Positions 27,401-42,400 of a DNA stretch of 64,000 nt are shown here, in pieces. The stretch comes from Rhynchobatus australiae. Its lineage: Eukaryota. The notes under the pieces were generated by a model, which searched no databases, was not told the origin of the DNA, and saw only the letters and a program-made list of their open reading frames with translations. Both the position numbers and the translations under genes were made by a program. The stretch is from positions 76,848,993 to 76,912,992 of the forward strand of contig JAUZTB010000098.1 in NCBI GenBank assembly GCA_034780895.1, read 5' to 3'. Positions within the stretch are counted from its first letter, which is position 1. Each line of letters opens with the position of its first letter.

Positions 27401-30400
27401 TGAACCTTTAACAAAAATANNNNNNNNNNNNNNNNNNNNNNNNNNNNNNNNNNNNNNNNNNNNNNNNNNNNNNNNNNNNNNNNNNNNNNNNNNNNNNNNN
27501 NNNNNNNNNNNNNNNNNNNAAGAGCATCTGTGGGAGCTAAGAAATTGTTGATGTTTCAGGTCAAAACCCTGCATCAGGTCCAAAGAGTACTGGGATATGA
27601 ACTTCCATTCCTGGAGGCGATATCCTGAAAAATACACTTACTCAGAGTAAAAAGAAAAGTACAGGTCAAGATTTAACTTCTAGATATGCAGCGAAGGGGG
27701 ACGGTTTATTCTCCCCATAATGAATGGTCAATCATGATTAACTGTGTTCATATATTTGCTTGAGAAGCTGCAATATGCAATAAGCCACTTCCAAATGAAG
27801 TTATCTTAACATGATATGGTCTCAAACATCTCCATTATAATGGTCAGCTTGAATACCAACATTTAGAATACATAAACATTTTAAATTGTTCTGATCTTGA
27901 TAAGTTTTAGTGGTTTATCTCGAAATGAAATATTTAACATTTTGAAAACTTCTTGATCACTACTCTATTGTCTCAGGAATTTCCAAACCAGCCAGTATCC
28001 CAAAGCTTGTGTCACAACTTGCGTCAGAAAATTGTTCTTCAATTCACTGGTAAAAAAAAAATCAGGAAATGAGTGATGTTCTAATTAATCCATACCTGAA
28101 GTCCACTAGAAACATTCTCTTGTTTCACTTCCAGCAGATGGAGAACTCCAAACACATGTTCATTCTGACACTATTTGCAAGCAAGAGATCAGGAGACTGG
28201 GGTATATCATTAAGGGAATGTCAGAACATGCACTTGTACTTCCAATTAGTGCACCATTACGATAAATTCCAAGTCTTGCCAAGACCAATAGAAGAGACTC
28301 AGAATCAGCAAATTTCTCCAGAAATTATATTTAAAGTATGTGGTCAATTATACAGTGCTGGTGTTGCACACTGCACCTTCTGGAGATGTACTTGTTAAAT
28401 CAGCAGTGTTTAAGAACACTTGAGGAGCAGGTCATAATGAACTGTCATGTTGCTCACTTGGAACAAATACTATATGGAATNNNNNNNNNNNNNNNNNNNN
28501 NNNNNNNNNNNNNNNNNNNNNNNNNNNNNNNNNNNNNNNNNNNNNNNNNNNNNNNNNNNNNNNNNNNNNNNNNNNNNNNNNNNNNNNNNNNNNNNNNNNN
28601 NNNNNNNNNNACCTGTCATGTTCAGAATAATTTAAAATATTTATGTAATCTAGATTTTGGTATACAGAGACTGACAACTGTAATGAAATTTGAGACTACA
28701 ACATCATGTTAAGATAACTTCACTTGGATGCAGCTTATTGGAGGTTTTCAAGCAAATATCTGAACACAATTGATTATGATGGACCATTCATAAAAAGGTA
28801 TTCTCAATATAAAGACTTTCAAGTAGCTTCAAAACAAGTCAATGATTTGAAGCAGGAGTTATACTGACCAGTCTGCTGGGGCTCCTGGAATTCCACTGCC
28901 TGGGGCAGGAACAAGCACAGCATTCCTCTCCTCAGTGAGCCCCACCCACTGCTCCACCAGTCTCGCTTCTCTCTCTACATCATCTTCTGTTTTTTCTACA
29001 TGGAAGAGCACAAGTCAAAGTCAACAATGCTTTTTTTTCAAAAATGAAATAGTTCCACAGAATTCAGCATACCCAAACCTTTGAAATGCTAATGCTGTGG
29101 TAGGCAACAGCTGCTACATCTTTAACAAAATTGTTGTTGTGTACTAGAAATTGAGTTACTATCATCTAAAATGGACTTGCATAAAGCCAATTAAAATCAT
29201 TTAACGAGAGTATTGAATTGGCTGAGTTAGTTTTATAAAGATTAAAAAAGGTCTGATGCTGGATGGCCAATAATTAAAATAGTTGATGAATGGATATTGA
29301 GAAATAAAAATTCTAAGCAAAGTATTCAATCATCCAAGAATGAATCCTAAATTAAGGATGATATTAGGTTAAAAACAGGCTTATAAAGTTGCTGACTAGT
29401 AAATTNNNNNNNNNNNNNNNNNNNNNNNNNNNNNAATGAAAAATGAAAAAGGCAAAATAAAAATGAATATCCTAAACCGATTGTAAAAACTAAGAAATGG
29501 AAAAAGGCAGCAAGTAAACAAGGATCCGCGAAGATGCAGAAATAGGAAAATTATAATAGAAAATAGGAAAGTCATTTCAATTTTTTAAAAAATCCTGCCT
29601 CTACAGAAGCATACCAGAACTAATGGGGGAAACAATGTTCTGATCAACATGAAAGACTTAAAATAGTTAATAGTAATAAAATAGGGAAGTTAGTGGGACT
29701 AATAGCTGGTTTATCACATGGATGTGATATTTTATGTTCTTCAATCTTAGAAGGGATGGCTGCAGAAATAGTTGAGGCATTAATGGCAATCTTCTAAAAT
29801 TGCTCAATTCTTAAAGGATTGTAGCAGAATCGAAGGAACTAAATGCTATACCACTATTAAAGAAATGAACGACAAAAGGACTAGTTAGTTTGACACCAGT
29901 TGCCAGGAAAATGTCAAAATCCACTAAGGAAACCTCAATGAAGTATTTAGAAAATCAGAACCTGATTTTACAATGCAAGCATAGTTTTGTAAAAAAGTAT
30001 GTGATATTTGTTGCATTGACAAGTCTTTTGAAGAGATGCAAATAATTAACACCGAAAGAGAATCTCTTTAAGAAAAAAATAACAATAGCAATAATTGGAG
30101 CAATTTCAGACTGGCAAGGGACCTCAGCAATGTACAATGTATATTAATGAGTTAGGGATCAAATGCATTTTATCCATATGTGCTGGCCACATCAAGCTGG
30201 GTGGGAACATACAGCAAAGGTGGATGTAGAGCATCTGTCAAGACGTACTGACAGGAGTAATAAGCGGACAAGGTGACAGCAGATGAAAGTGCAGTTGAGA
30301 TGTACAAGGTTACTTTATTTTGGCAGTAAGAGCAGAAACATGAACTATCTTTTCTGAATAATAAGCAATGAATAAATGCTGGTATTTAGAGGTATATGTG

Positions 30401-33400
30401 TTTTCTTATACACTATGAAAATAACATGCAAATACAGGAGGCAAAGAAATATTACGTTGGTCTCAATTGCAAAGAGGTTTAAGTACAAGAGTTATAAGGT
30501 TGTTCTGCAATTGTACAGGAGATTGGTGAGCTCACAACTGTTACTCTGGTCACCTTAACAAAGAAAGAATATATGCCTTAAAAGGCAGGGAAGCACTGAA
30601 TCATTAGATTGATTCCCAATAGGTGGTTGTCATTTTGGCGTCTAGAAGAATGAGATTTCATTGAGGNNNNNNNNNNNNNNNNNNNNNNNNNNNNNNNNNN
30701 NNNNNNNNNGCCACTTTTGCTGGCTGAAGACCCTAAATCTAAGCAGATCATCTTTGGATAAGTGGATAGCTGTTTAGGACTGAAAAGATTCTATGCAGAG
30801 AATTCTCCAAAATTATTTACTGCAGAGGGCTTTGGATGTATCAGTGTTCAGGATATTCAGGTTGGCATGGACATTTCTTTTTGACTGGAAAGGAATTAAG
30901 ATTAGGAAGGCAAGTGAAGCTGAGGAGGCACATCAGCTATTAATCAGAGCAGGGACTGGTTTACTCTTGCTCCTTTATCCAATGTTTATCTGTTTGTACC
31001 ACATGTACCCACACATTATTGATTGAAGTCCACATACCTTGCTTGTTGATTATTTTCTGAATTTGTTCATCTAAATATTCTCGACGCTTCATCAATGCAT
31101 CAGACCATCTCTCTCGCACTTCATTCAAATCTTCCTCCTGAACAATTACAAGGATTAAGATACAAGCCGCTATGAGTGTTTACTTCTGAAGAGAACATTA
31201 TAAAATACATCAAGTGTGGTGCCACTGAACAGTTTTACAAGTTACAGGAAGCTTTGCTTTGCTCTCCCAGAATGCTGGATGAACTTTCCACCTAAAACAT
31301 TCCCAATTTACATCCATAGTGTCACTTTTCATTCATGCCTGTAATTTCATGATTATAATAGATTCAATAAAACAGATTCCCTCTTATCAATCACGAACCA
31401 CTACCTTATTCAGAGTTCTATACCCAAGTTCAGAAGGCATGAGTTCATGACAAAATTGGTGAATACCTGCTTGTTATGTGACTATGGAAGTAACTGCAAA
31501 ACCCAACTTTATCCACACATAGGCAGTCACATATGCACATCCCAGTCAAGGTCAGTTGATAAGCATCAACCCTGGGAATGATGACCAATTTTTGTTATCT
31601 CCCCAAATCAGTAGCCCCAAGACCAATTACAATCTTCTCTCTGAAATCTGCAAATCCACTGCAGTTGGGTACTGAAGCTAATTTCCAGGTCTGTATTCTT
31701 CAGTTCCAAATAGCATCATACATTTGACAACAAAGATATCAGTGGAACAATCTGCTATACATGATCAAATACAACTTTATGAAAGTAACTTGGAAAATAA
31801 ACACATTTGTAACAATTGTAAAACTGTACAATGGCACTCTACTGTTCAAGATATTTGCTGTTCAGCCTTTAGTTCACCAATGTATTTGGTAACATAAGTT
31901 CAACTGAGGTTTGATTTTGTAATGGTTAAGAAATGGATAAGGCTCTTCAGATGAAAGTTCATTTGCTTTCAAATACCCCATGCAGTGGTTTCATGCATTC
32001 ATGCTTTGGCATGGAACTTATAGTATCAGCAGTTTAATGCTCATTATCATTGCAAGTAGCATAGAGGAAGCCCTTCAAAATGTTAGTAAATGCAGGAATC
32101 GAAATACTCAATATCACCATTTGTAGTATCTTTATTTGCTGTTTTCGAGTGCAATTAGATCCATGCAATGTTCTCAAGGAAANNNNNNNNNNNNNNNNNN
32201 NNNNNNNNNNNNNNNNNNNNNNNNNNNNNNNNNNNNNNNNNNNNNNNNNNNNNNNNNNNNNNNNNNNNNNNNNNNNNNNNNNNNNNNNNNNNNNNNNNNN
32301 NNNNNNNNNNNNNNNNNNNNNNNNNNNNNNNNNNNNNNNNNNNNNNNNNNNNNNNNNNNNNNNNNNNNNNNNNNNNNNNNNNNNNNNNNNNNNNNNNNNN
32401 NNNNNNNNNNNNNNNNNNNNNNNNNNNNNNNNNNNNNNNNNNNNNNNNNNNNNNNNNNNNNNNNNNNNNNNNNNNNNNNNNNNNNNNNNNNNNNNNNNNN
32501 NNNNNNNNNNNNNNNNNNNNNNNNNNNNNNNNNNNNNNNNNNNNNNNNNNNNNNNNNNNNNNNNNNNNNNNNNNNNNNNNNNNNTGTTACCTCAAACAAA
32601 TAGAAAATGGAAGGTAGCTATTATTCCAGGCTAAACTTTATTCAAGCTGCAACCATTCCTGTACAACTTACTCTACCTTTCAGAACATTTCATTTTAATT
32701 TGGAAGAACATCAGAGATTTAATGGCTAAAATTATTAAGCCAAATTCACTTTTTGTTTGTAGTTTCTCAGTACTCAAGTACCGATCAAACTACTGGAATC
32801 ACATTCTTAGATTTAATAGATCTAAATCTAATAAATCTAATTCTTAGATTTACAGCTGAGAACTGTATTTACCAAGACTTATTTACAAGATGCTGGAGGA
32901 AAATAGCCTCATTTCCATAGAAGACACCCCTTCTTGTTTTCAATCTTCATTTCTCTTAATTTACAATTTTTATAATTTCCTTAAGTATATCTAACTTTAA
33001 CTTACTGTGTACAGACTTACTTCAATGTTATGTCCAAGGTGGCACATAAGGGATAAGGAATTACCATCAATGTATCATTAATTGAAACCTGTGTTCACAG
33101 TAAACTCTGAATTGAAGTTTGCTTGTTGATAAACTTTTGTTAGTGCTTCAGAACTAGGAAAAGTAAATGGGGAGGTCTTGGGGATAGTCCGCATTACAGT
33201 AGAGGAGATGCTGGGTGTCTTAAAAGGTTTTGAAGGCAATCAATTCTCCAGAGCCTGTCCATGTATATCCAGGAACAATGTGGGAGGATAGAAAAGAAAT
33301 TGCAGGAACCCTAGCTGAGATGTTTACATCATCTTTAGCCACAGATGAGGTGTCATTAGACTGGCGGGTAGCAAATGTTTGCCTTTATTTAAGAAGGATG

Positions 33401-36400
33401 GCAAAGGAAAACCTGGGAACTATAGGCCAGCAATTCTAACATCCGTGGTAGTTAAGTTACTGGAGAGGATTCAGAGGGATAAGATATACGTACATCTGGA
33501 AAGACAGGGGTAGTCAGCATGGCTTTGTGCATTGGAGATCATGTCTTATGAGTTTTTTGATGACGTGACCAAGTTGATGAGGGCAGGACGGTAGATGTAG
33601 TTTATATGGACTTCAGTAAGCCTTTGGATAAGGTCCCACATGGTAGACTGCTCTGGAACATGAGATTGCATGGAATCCAGGGAGAGCTGGCTAATTGGAT
33701 ACACAATTGGCTTGATGGTAGAAAGCAGAGGGTGATGCTGGAAGGTTGTTTCTCAGACTGGAGGCCCGTGACCAGTGGTGTGCCTCAGGTCCGTGCTGGG
33801 CACTTTGTTGTTTGTCATCTATATCAACAATTTGAATAAAAATGTTAGTNNNNNNNNNNNNNNNNNNNNNNNNNNNNNNNNNNNNNNNNNNNNNNNNNNN
33901 NNNNNNNNNNNNNNNNNNNNNNNNNNNNNNNNNNNNNNNNNNNNNNNNNTCAACAATTTGAATAAAAATGTTAGTAAGTTTGCAGATGACCCTAAGATAG
34001 GTGGACAATGAAGGAGGTTATCAAAAATTACAGGGGGATATTGATCAGCTAGGTGGGTTGAAGAATGGCAAATGGAGTTTAATTTGGATAAGTGTGAGGT
34101 TGCATTTTTGAAAGTCAAATCCAGGTAGGACTTTCATGGTGAATGGCAGGGCCCTGGGGAATGTTATAGAACAGGGGGACCTTGGAGTACTAGTACATGG
34201 TTCACTGAAAGTGGAGTCACAGGAAGACAGGGTGGAGAAGGTGGTTTTTGGCACACTGGCCTTCATAAATCAGGGCGTTGAGTATAAACTTTGGGAGGCC
34301 ATGGTGCAGTTGTACAGGATGCTGGTGAGGTTGTACTTAGAGTGTTGTGTTCAGTATTGGTCACACTGCCATTGAAAAGCTGCTATTAAGCTAGAAAGAG
34401 TGCAGAAAAAAATTTACAAGCACATTGCCAGGACTTGAGGGACAGAGGTATAGGGAAAGGTTGGACAGGCTAGGGCTTTATTCCTTAGAGTATAGCAGAT
34501 TGAGAGGTGATCTTATAGAGGTGTATAAAATCATGAGGGGGCATAGATGGGATGAATGTACTGTCTTTTCCCAGGGTTGGGGAATCAAGAACTAGAGGGC
34601 ATAGATTTAAGCTGAGGGGGAAAGATTTAATAGGAACCTGAGGGGCAACCTTTTTTTTTTTAAGAACATAAAGGGTGGTATCTATGTGAAGTGAGCTGCC
34701 AGAGGAAGTGGTTGAAGCAGGCATAACAACAACTTTTAAAAGATAGTTGGACAGGTACATGGTTTGGAAAGGTTTAGAAGGTTATGGGTCAAACGCTGGC
34801 AAATGGGACTAGCTTGGATGGAGCATCTTGGTCGGCATGAACCAGTTGGGCCAAAGGGCCTGTTTCCATGGTGTATAATTTTATGACTCTAGTTCTATTA
34901 GATATCGGCCCCAGTATCATTAGAAACTGGGCTGGTAATGTTAAAATATTTGCAAAATAATTTGGATAAAGACTTCCTCCTGAATCTCCAAATATGGGCA
35001 TTATCACTTCAAGACAATTTCATTTTATGTGAGAATTAATTTAAATAATTGGCTCCCTTCTGAATTTAACCACTACCACATACATTACACTTTACTTGTG
35101 TGACCAAGTATGACATTGCACAGTTGTGGCAATGATTATGCCTCCAATGGGATGAAATGTCTATTTGTGTATAGTATTGAGACTTTGTTCAAGGACTCGT
35201 AGCCATTGCTTGTCCATGCAGAATGAACCATCTCAACAAGATAACAGCAGAGGCATTTTAATTTGCTCCATGTTTGTAGTCCAGCAAGAGGGAAAATAAT
35301 CTGCCAGAGGTCCTTTTCAGATTATTATCCATTGTCCTTAGTGTCAGGTGCTCACTGTTTTATGGACTGGGGTAGTTTATATGTGGGAGTTGTTAACATT
35401 AGTAAGAATTGTTAACATCACCCCTTTTTGTTTTGTGGTGGTTGGTGCTCATTGGCCTAAATCAAATGATTACAACAAAGAACAACTTCACAACGACCAA
35501 ATTACTTTTAAGGGTCAGTTTCATTTAGGTCTAGAGAAAATTTCTTCCAAAATGTGATACCAGAGCCATGAAAAAAATAGGAATGTAGGATTTAATGTCT
35601 TTTTATATTATAAAACCGAGTATAGGCAGGCGAGGCATTAATGCATCACTGATCCCTGACAATCCTTATAGCTGCCATGGTCATTGCTATGATTGATCTG
35701 TAAAAATAAAATGACTGAAAGTTCTCAGCAATTGTTGGTCTGTAGCAACCATTGTTCTTTGGATTCCAGCAACTCTGATTTTCAACAGATAATGTNNNNN
35801 NNNNNNNNNNNNNNNNNNNNNNNNNNNNNNNNNNNNNNNNNNNNNNNNNNNNNNNNNNNNNNNNNNNNNNNNNNNNNNNNNNNNNNNNNNNNNNNNNNNN
35901 NNNNNNNNNNNNNNNNNNNNNNNNNNNNNNNNNNNNNNNNNNNNNNNNNNNNNNNNNNNNNNNNNNNNNNNNNNNNNNNNNNNNNNNNNNNNNNNNNNNN
36001 NNNNNNNNNNNNNNNNNNNNNNNNNNNNNNNNNNNNNNNNNNNNNNNNNNNNNNNNNNNNNNNNNNNNNNNNNNNNNNNNNNNNNNNNNNNNNNNNNNNN
36101 NNNNNTGTCCATTTCCTTAATTACTGAAGTATTATAAATGTTGAATTATAAGATGCTTTGCTTAATGATCTGATGGATAGATGACTTCTACCATGCCAAT
36201 TTCCAAAAGATGTCAAACAGGACAATGAAATGGGACTTCAATACCTGACTGGGTTGTAAAACAGTCTGGGAAGAAAACAACAAAATGTTGTCAAAACTTG
36301 AAGCAGCATTCTAAATTACTGAAGTGACAAGTTGGCGAACTGTCATAGACGGACTGGCTGCAAGAAAGCACAGCATAAATTTCTTGTATCTGTGATCACC

Positions 36401-39400
36401 ATGAAGGTGGAAAATGGAATTTTAACCTAATTACACAATTCTGCATGGACCCACACCAACTTTATTCCCGTGCATTTACTTCAGCTTTCTACAAATCAAT
36501 ATTGTTTGCCATGAGTCACCCTACGCAAGGATAACTTCTGTATTGCATGTATCAACCTTGCCACTTAAAGTTTCTGATTCTAGAAACAAATAATAATCTC
36601 ATTTTAAATAGCTTCAAACAATTGTCATAATGTTAATTCAAGCATGATTAGAAGAAACATTAATTTCCAGTGCTATGCAACATTTATTGTATCTTGGACA
36701 ATTACAGCTGGGTATTAAAGCATGAATGTTTAGAAAGTGCACACAATACATGTTAAAACCTAATTTTTTCCATCTCCATTGCCTAAATTGCAAGTCAGTT
36801 GCTGATGCTGCCCAATGTTGTGCTTCATGCCATATAGCTTATGGTAGCAACAATACCTGGTAACTATCCATATCCTCCTCCTCCTCTTTCTGGCAGGAGA
36901 AAATAAACTTAGTAAAGACACCTTCATGGAAACATTTCAAAACACCACTTTATCACTTAAGTTTTACATGATTTGAAATAAGTACAGCTTATTTTGGATT
37001 AATCAAAGTTATGCAAACATTGAAAGGAATAAACTCACAAAGGAAAATATTCACACTTGACACAGCAATTAATTGAATGGTAGTAACTTGAGACAAGATT
37101 TGGATGGGTTGTAAACAAATTAATGGAAACTCTTTTCAAAGGGTATTAATTCACATTACATTCTGTTATAATGCAAAGAGCATTAGTTATTCCTGAGCTG
37201 TAAAATAAAACTGTGAAAGTCAGTTTTATCGTCTAGTTTAAATAAAATAACCCTGGGAATCATGACCAGGGTTTCCTCTTTCCCATTACATGCACTAATA
37301 GTTCCCTTAAGAAAATTCCTGAAACTTAGAAAACAGTTTTCAGCTAAACTTTGACAACAAATGAATGCATCAAAACCAATGGAACACCGTGCAATTAACT
37401 AACTATGGGCAGCACGGAAGTGTAGCGGCTAGCATAACACTATTACAGCGCCATTGACCCCGGGTTCAATTCCCACCACTGTCTGTTAGAAGTTTGTACG
37501 TTCTCCCCGTGTCTGTGTGGGTTTCCTCCAGGTGCTCTGGTTTCTTCCCACATTCTAAAGACGTACGGGTTAGGAAGCTGTGGGCATGCTACGTTGGCAC
37601 CGGAAGCATGGAAGCCCCCAGAACACTCTATGCAAAAGATGTATTTCACTGTGTGTTTCTGTGTACATGTGACTAATAAAGAAATCTTATTTTTCTGACT
37701 TCAAAAGGATTTAGAAAAAAAATAGGGACCCGGGAGGCGGAAGGGCGGGTTGGGGAAAAGGACAGGGCAAACAATCGGACCAAAAAAATCCGTGGGAAAG
37801 CTCTTCCTTTCAAAAAAAAACACGCCCGTGTAAAATTCAGGGAGATAAATTAAAAAGTCTGTTCAGTAAAGGGAATATGTACGAGAAAACAAATTGAACC
37901 TTTCTTCCAATGTTCAGCATTGCGGTAGTTATCCATCTCATTGTAAAAACAGATTTCTCAATATTTAAGCAATTACAGGCTGCTCCTGTTCATAACCCGA
38001 TGAATACAATGGTATACGTTGAATAAATTACAAGGTTCTCCGAGATTATTTTCATTCAGTTTTGCAGGCGTGGACATATTTCTTTATTAAAACGGTGTAC
38101 GTTTTTGTGCAGACCGGTTATATTCTTTGATTACAGGCAGCATTCGGTTCGATAATCTAGCGGCATTCAGAGAATGCAAAAGAGAGGATCAAGGTATTTC
38201 ATATTTGCTGGTGCGCTGCAGAGCAGGCAATGCTGAGTTCATTAAGGCACTGTTTATTTGGAACCATTANNNNNNNNNNNNNNNNNNNNNNNNNNNNNNN
38301 NNNNNNNNNNNNNNNNNNNNNNNNNNNNNNNNNNNNNNNNNNNNNNNNNNNNNNNNNNNNNNNNNNNNNAACAATCAACTCTTCATTTAAAAAAAATCAT
38401 TTGGTGGAAATCTGAAAGCAAACCATTAACAAATGACATTCAAGTATCCAATCTAATTGACTCACTAAAACAATAGATCCTGAATCACATTTAACCTCAT
38501 ACCAAGAGGGAGAAAAACCATTAGGAGCAGATAGGGAGAGTGAATCATCTTCTCTCACTATCTCAGTGATTTTGCGTGGAGTTGAAGTTTCAGCATTGTT
38601 TTATTTTGGGTCAGCTAGCACTTCTGCAGATTTCATTAAAATTGGACTAGTTCCAGAGACTGAGGTGCATTATTTGAGGATGCTTTAGAGATTTGGCAAT
38701 TGAAGTACCTTCCAGGAAACAGGGATATTGCACCACCACTTTCACATATTTTACAAAGCAGTTTCAGCATCGATTAGCATAGACATGGCACTACAAGTCA
38801 TGCCAATAAACACAAACTCCACGAAAGGAATCCTTGTGGATGTTGTTGCACATCAAGAATCACTTTTTTTTGAAAAATGACTTTTAATCTCCTCTGCAAG
38901 CAGTATAGCACATGAACTTATTTTTGTTTCACTCCCCCCACCCCAAAGCATTAATCATATTTCTTTTGCTATTCAGGTTTTACCACCAGATATTTCAATC
39001 TGCCAACAAAAATTATCAAAATTCTAAAGTTGCTTCAGGTTCATAACATGGTCTCAGTAAGCCAGCTGTGTAAGATCCCTTAACTTTAAGCAAGTCTCTT
39101 ACCTGATAACTATCCAAGGGTCTCTGCAGTTTAGTGGATCTGGCAGAAATGCATCCTATGGAAACAGATAATATAGCCTCCACCATAAGTGGCAACGTCC
39201 CCGAGTGCTGGACAGGTTTAACGATGACCTCAATTCTACGAGATTGGCCCTGATCAAAAATGCATAGACAAAAGTGGAATTCAGTTTAACTGAATACAAC
39301 ATGTAGTGAAGGTACAAAATGAATTCTGACTACCATTAGCAAAGCTCCACAGAACTCTAAACAAAGGCATGAAAATAGTTCTCAAATAATTGAGATTCGA

Positions 39401-42400
39401 ATAATAACTCACATTTATATACTGTCTTTAACATGGTAATACATTGCAGGATTACTACAAGATGCAATAAACAAAAACGGCACCAATTATTTAAAACAAA
39501 ATCTAAACACATCCATAGATCATTATTATACTTGGGAAATAGAGGATAATTTGCTCAAATTTCTGTCAATGTTTTAAACCATTTGCATTTAACCTTTCCA
39601 CTTACAATGTAATCTTATACTAAGTACATTAATCCTTTCCTCAATCAGCAATATTTTATAAAGTCTAAGTACCTGTCTAATCTGGAAGACACCCCCAGTG
39701 TTGACATCCTTGGCCTGAGTCAGCTCCACTGCCGTGTATTCTCCCATTTCATTCAGTTCCTGCACTGAGATCCACATCTCAATTCTACGTGTGACTTCAC
39801 TCCACCTATTTCAACAGAAAGCCAACCACATGATAAGAGTTCCAAGCATTGCTACTTGACCAACAGAATCTGATAAAACATAGCCCTTGCACATAACCTA
39901 TATCAACATCTCTGGCTTAGTTAACAGTGGGATGCCATATTCCCTCATGCATCTTTACCCAAAGCTGTGAACATCAGCAAAATATTAAAAATGAGATGCA
40001 CTGACAGTCTACCTTTTTCAACCAAACTGTTAATATCTCTAAATTAGTGAAACTCAACCGGATTGCTTCTGATAGAGAAAAATAATGGCAGTACTGGAAA
40101 GGTCTTGAATTTATGTTTCAAACTAGTTTAGTATGCTTTTGTTGTAACATAGATAGGTGGATGATGACAAACAATGAAAGAAACCACAGGCAAACTACGC
40201 AAGGAATTCATTAATTGGATGATAGGTTAGTGCAGTGAGGAGACATAATATGCTAAAATTGCATTGTTTCCCCCATTTACTGCACTGAAAACTCATCATT
40301 TACTTAGTACAGAGAAAACAAGTATTTCAGGTGTTAAGTGAATCAACCAGCACCAACAATACAGTTTGAAACTGCATTTTGTATATATACAAAATTGGAA
40401 GACAACATCACATTCTATAATAAAACATAAATGAATGATTGAACAACTTAAGGTTTCAGAATAAAGAAATTAAAACCAAGACCATTATCTAGGGCGTCAT
40501 GCACAGGAAGCTGCTCTGTACCTGTCACGTAGCGTGCGCGTTTTTGCTTGCAGTGCATCAACTTCCCACGTAGTCCTGCCATTACCTGCACACCGATGGC
40601 CCCAGACTTCAATAGCTAGCGCTCCTTCAGAGATAAACTCCAGAAATTCCTCCGTAACATGCACCACAAAATCCTGGAATGGTGCATGTAAACACAGCAC
40701 TTACTTCATGATTAAGAACGAGGCAATGAAATAGACTACAGTTTTCAATCCTGCCTTCAAGGTTATTCTTTTAATAATCAATGTGACAAAACAGTGATTA
40801 CAATGCCTTTTGGCTTCGTCCACTGCAGAACAAAATATGTATCCGACGTGCAGTTCTGGTCACCACACTATAGGATGTGGTTGCGCTGGAGAGTAGAGGA
40901 GGTTCAATGGGGAGAGATTGGATAGGCTGGGTTTGTTTTCCCCGGAGCAAAGGAGATTGAGGGATGACCTGACAGAAGTATATAAGATTACGAGAGACAT
41001 AGATAAGATAGAAAGTCAAAATCTATTTTCACATGATAGGGGAGGGCATAGATTTGAGGTAAGAGGAGTTTTGAAGGGGACCTGTGGGGTATGTTCTTTT
41101 TATATACAGAGAGTGGTTGATACCTTTGACACTGCCAGACAACGTGATGGAATCAGATACAATTAGCACATACAAACATCCACTTAAATGGGCAAGGCAT
41201 AGAAGAATACAGACATAATGCAGGCAAATGGGATTTGTGCAGATGGGCAAAAGGTTGGAATGGCTGTGGTGGGCCAAGGGCCTGTTTCTGTGCTGTACAA
41301 ATCTATGACCCTATGATGTCCTGCTCACCTTACTGTGGTCAAATTTTACTGTGTACTGAATGGCCTTGTTTTTGATTGAAGGCATATCTGGATTGACCAT
41401 TGGGGGTGCAACTGTTTGTTCAGAGTGCTCCCAGAAGACATATTGGCAGAATACAAAGTTTGACAGATTGATGGGCAGTCCTGTTGCTTCTTTTATCTTT
41501 ACCTGTTGAGATAATGTTGAAATTTGAGAACTTCTCACCAACCCAAACTTTATTAAAATGCAATTACTGGTGGCACTGCATACAAAGTTTTTATTTCCAA
41601 ATTTGGAATTTCACTTCCCAGTTGCTGTGAATTTTTCATGGACTGTTTAGAACTCTGGTACCAAGCTTCGTGTTGGGCCTCAGAGGTAGCAGAAACATGA
41701 TCGTGCACTTTCAGCACTAATTTTATTTCAGAAGTGAATCATAAATTTTAATCCTGGCATCCTGGCTGCAACTTGGTTTTCAGCACTGCCTTCTCGTCCT
41801 CCAAATCATTGGTCTACAGTTCTGTCAATTATATATAACTGTTCAGAAAGCTGGAACATGCATTGGCCCTGTGATGTTATTGCCAGTATGTTATGGAGCA
41901 GGCTTGAAAACAAAGCAGCTGACATTAGAGAGTCATTAGTGCAGCTGCTTAACAAATCTAGTGCAAGGCTGTTTTGTAAAATGGATGGTACAACTATATA
42001 CTCTGTACTGCAGTTTTATTCTAAAATATCACTGACATCAATACACTCACAGCAGAAACCAAAGCCTAATTCTCACAAGTTAATTTTGTAAACTGTGACC
42101 ATGTCCAATACCAGGGCACCTCTATTACTTCTACCTCAACTTATCCTTCCATATTTCCGATCTTTTATCAAAACAATTTTCTGTCACCTTTGGAATATTA
42201 CCCACCTCTATAATGAAGCCAATAGCAGGGCTTTGATTACCGTGAGGCTCAACCTGTCCACTGTGCCTCAACTTCCTCATTTTTTTCTCTTACAGAATTC
42301 CAGATTTGTTCCTTCACCCACAGATCTGATCCTTAAAACAGTTAGTTAGCGGGCAGTGGGAAAATTATCTCTCTTGTCTTCATTGATCTCGTTACTGGAG

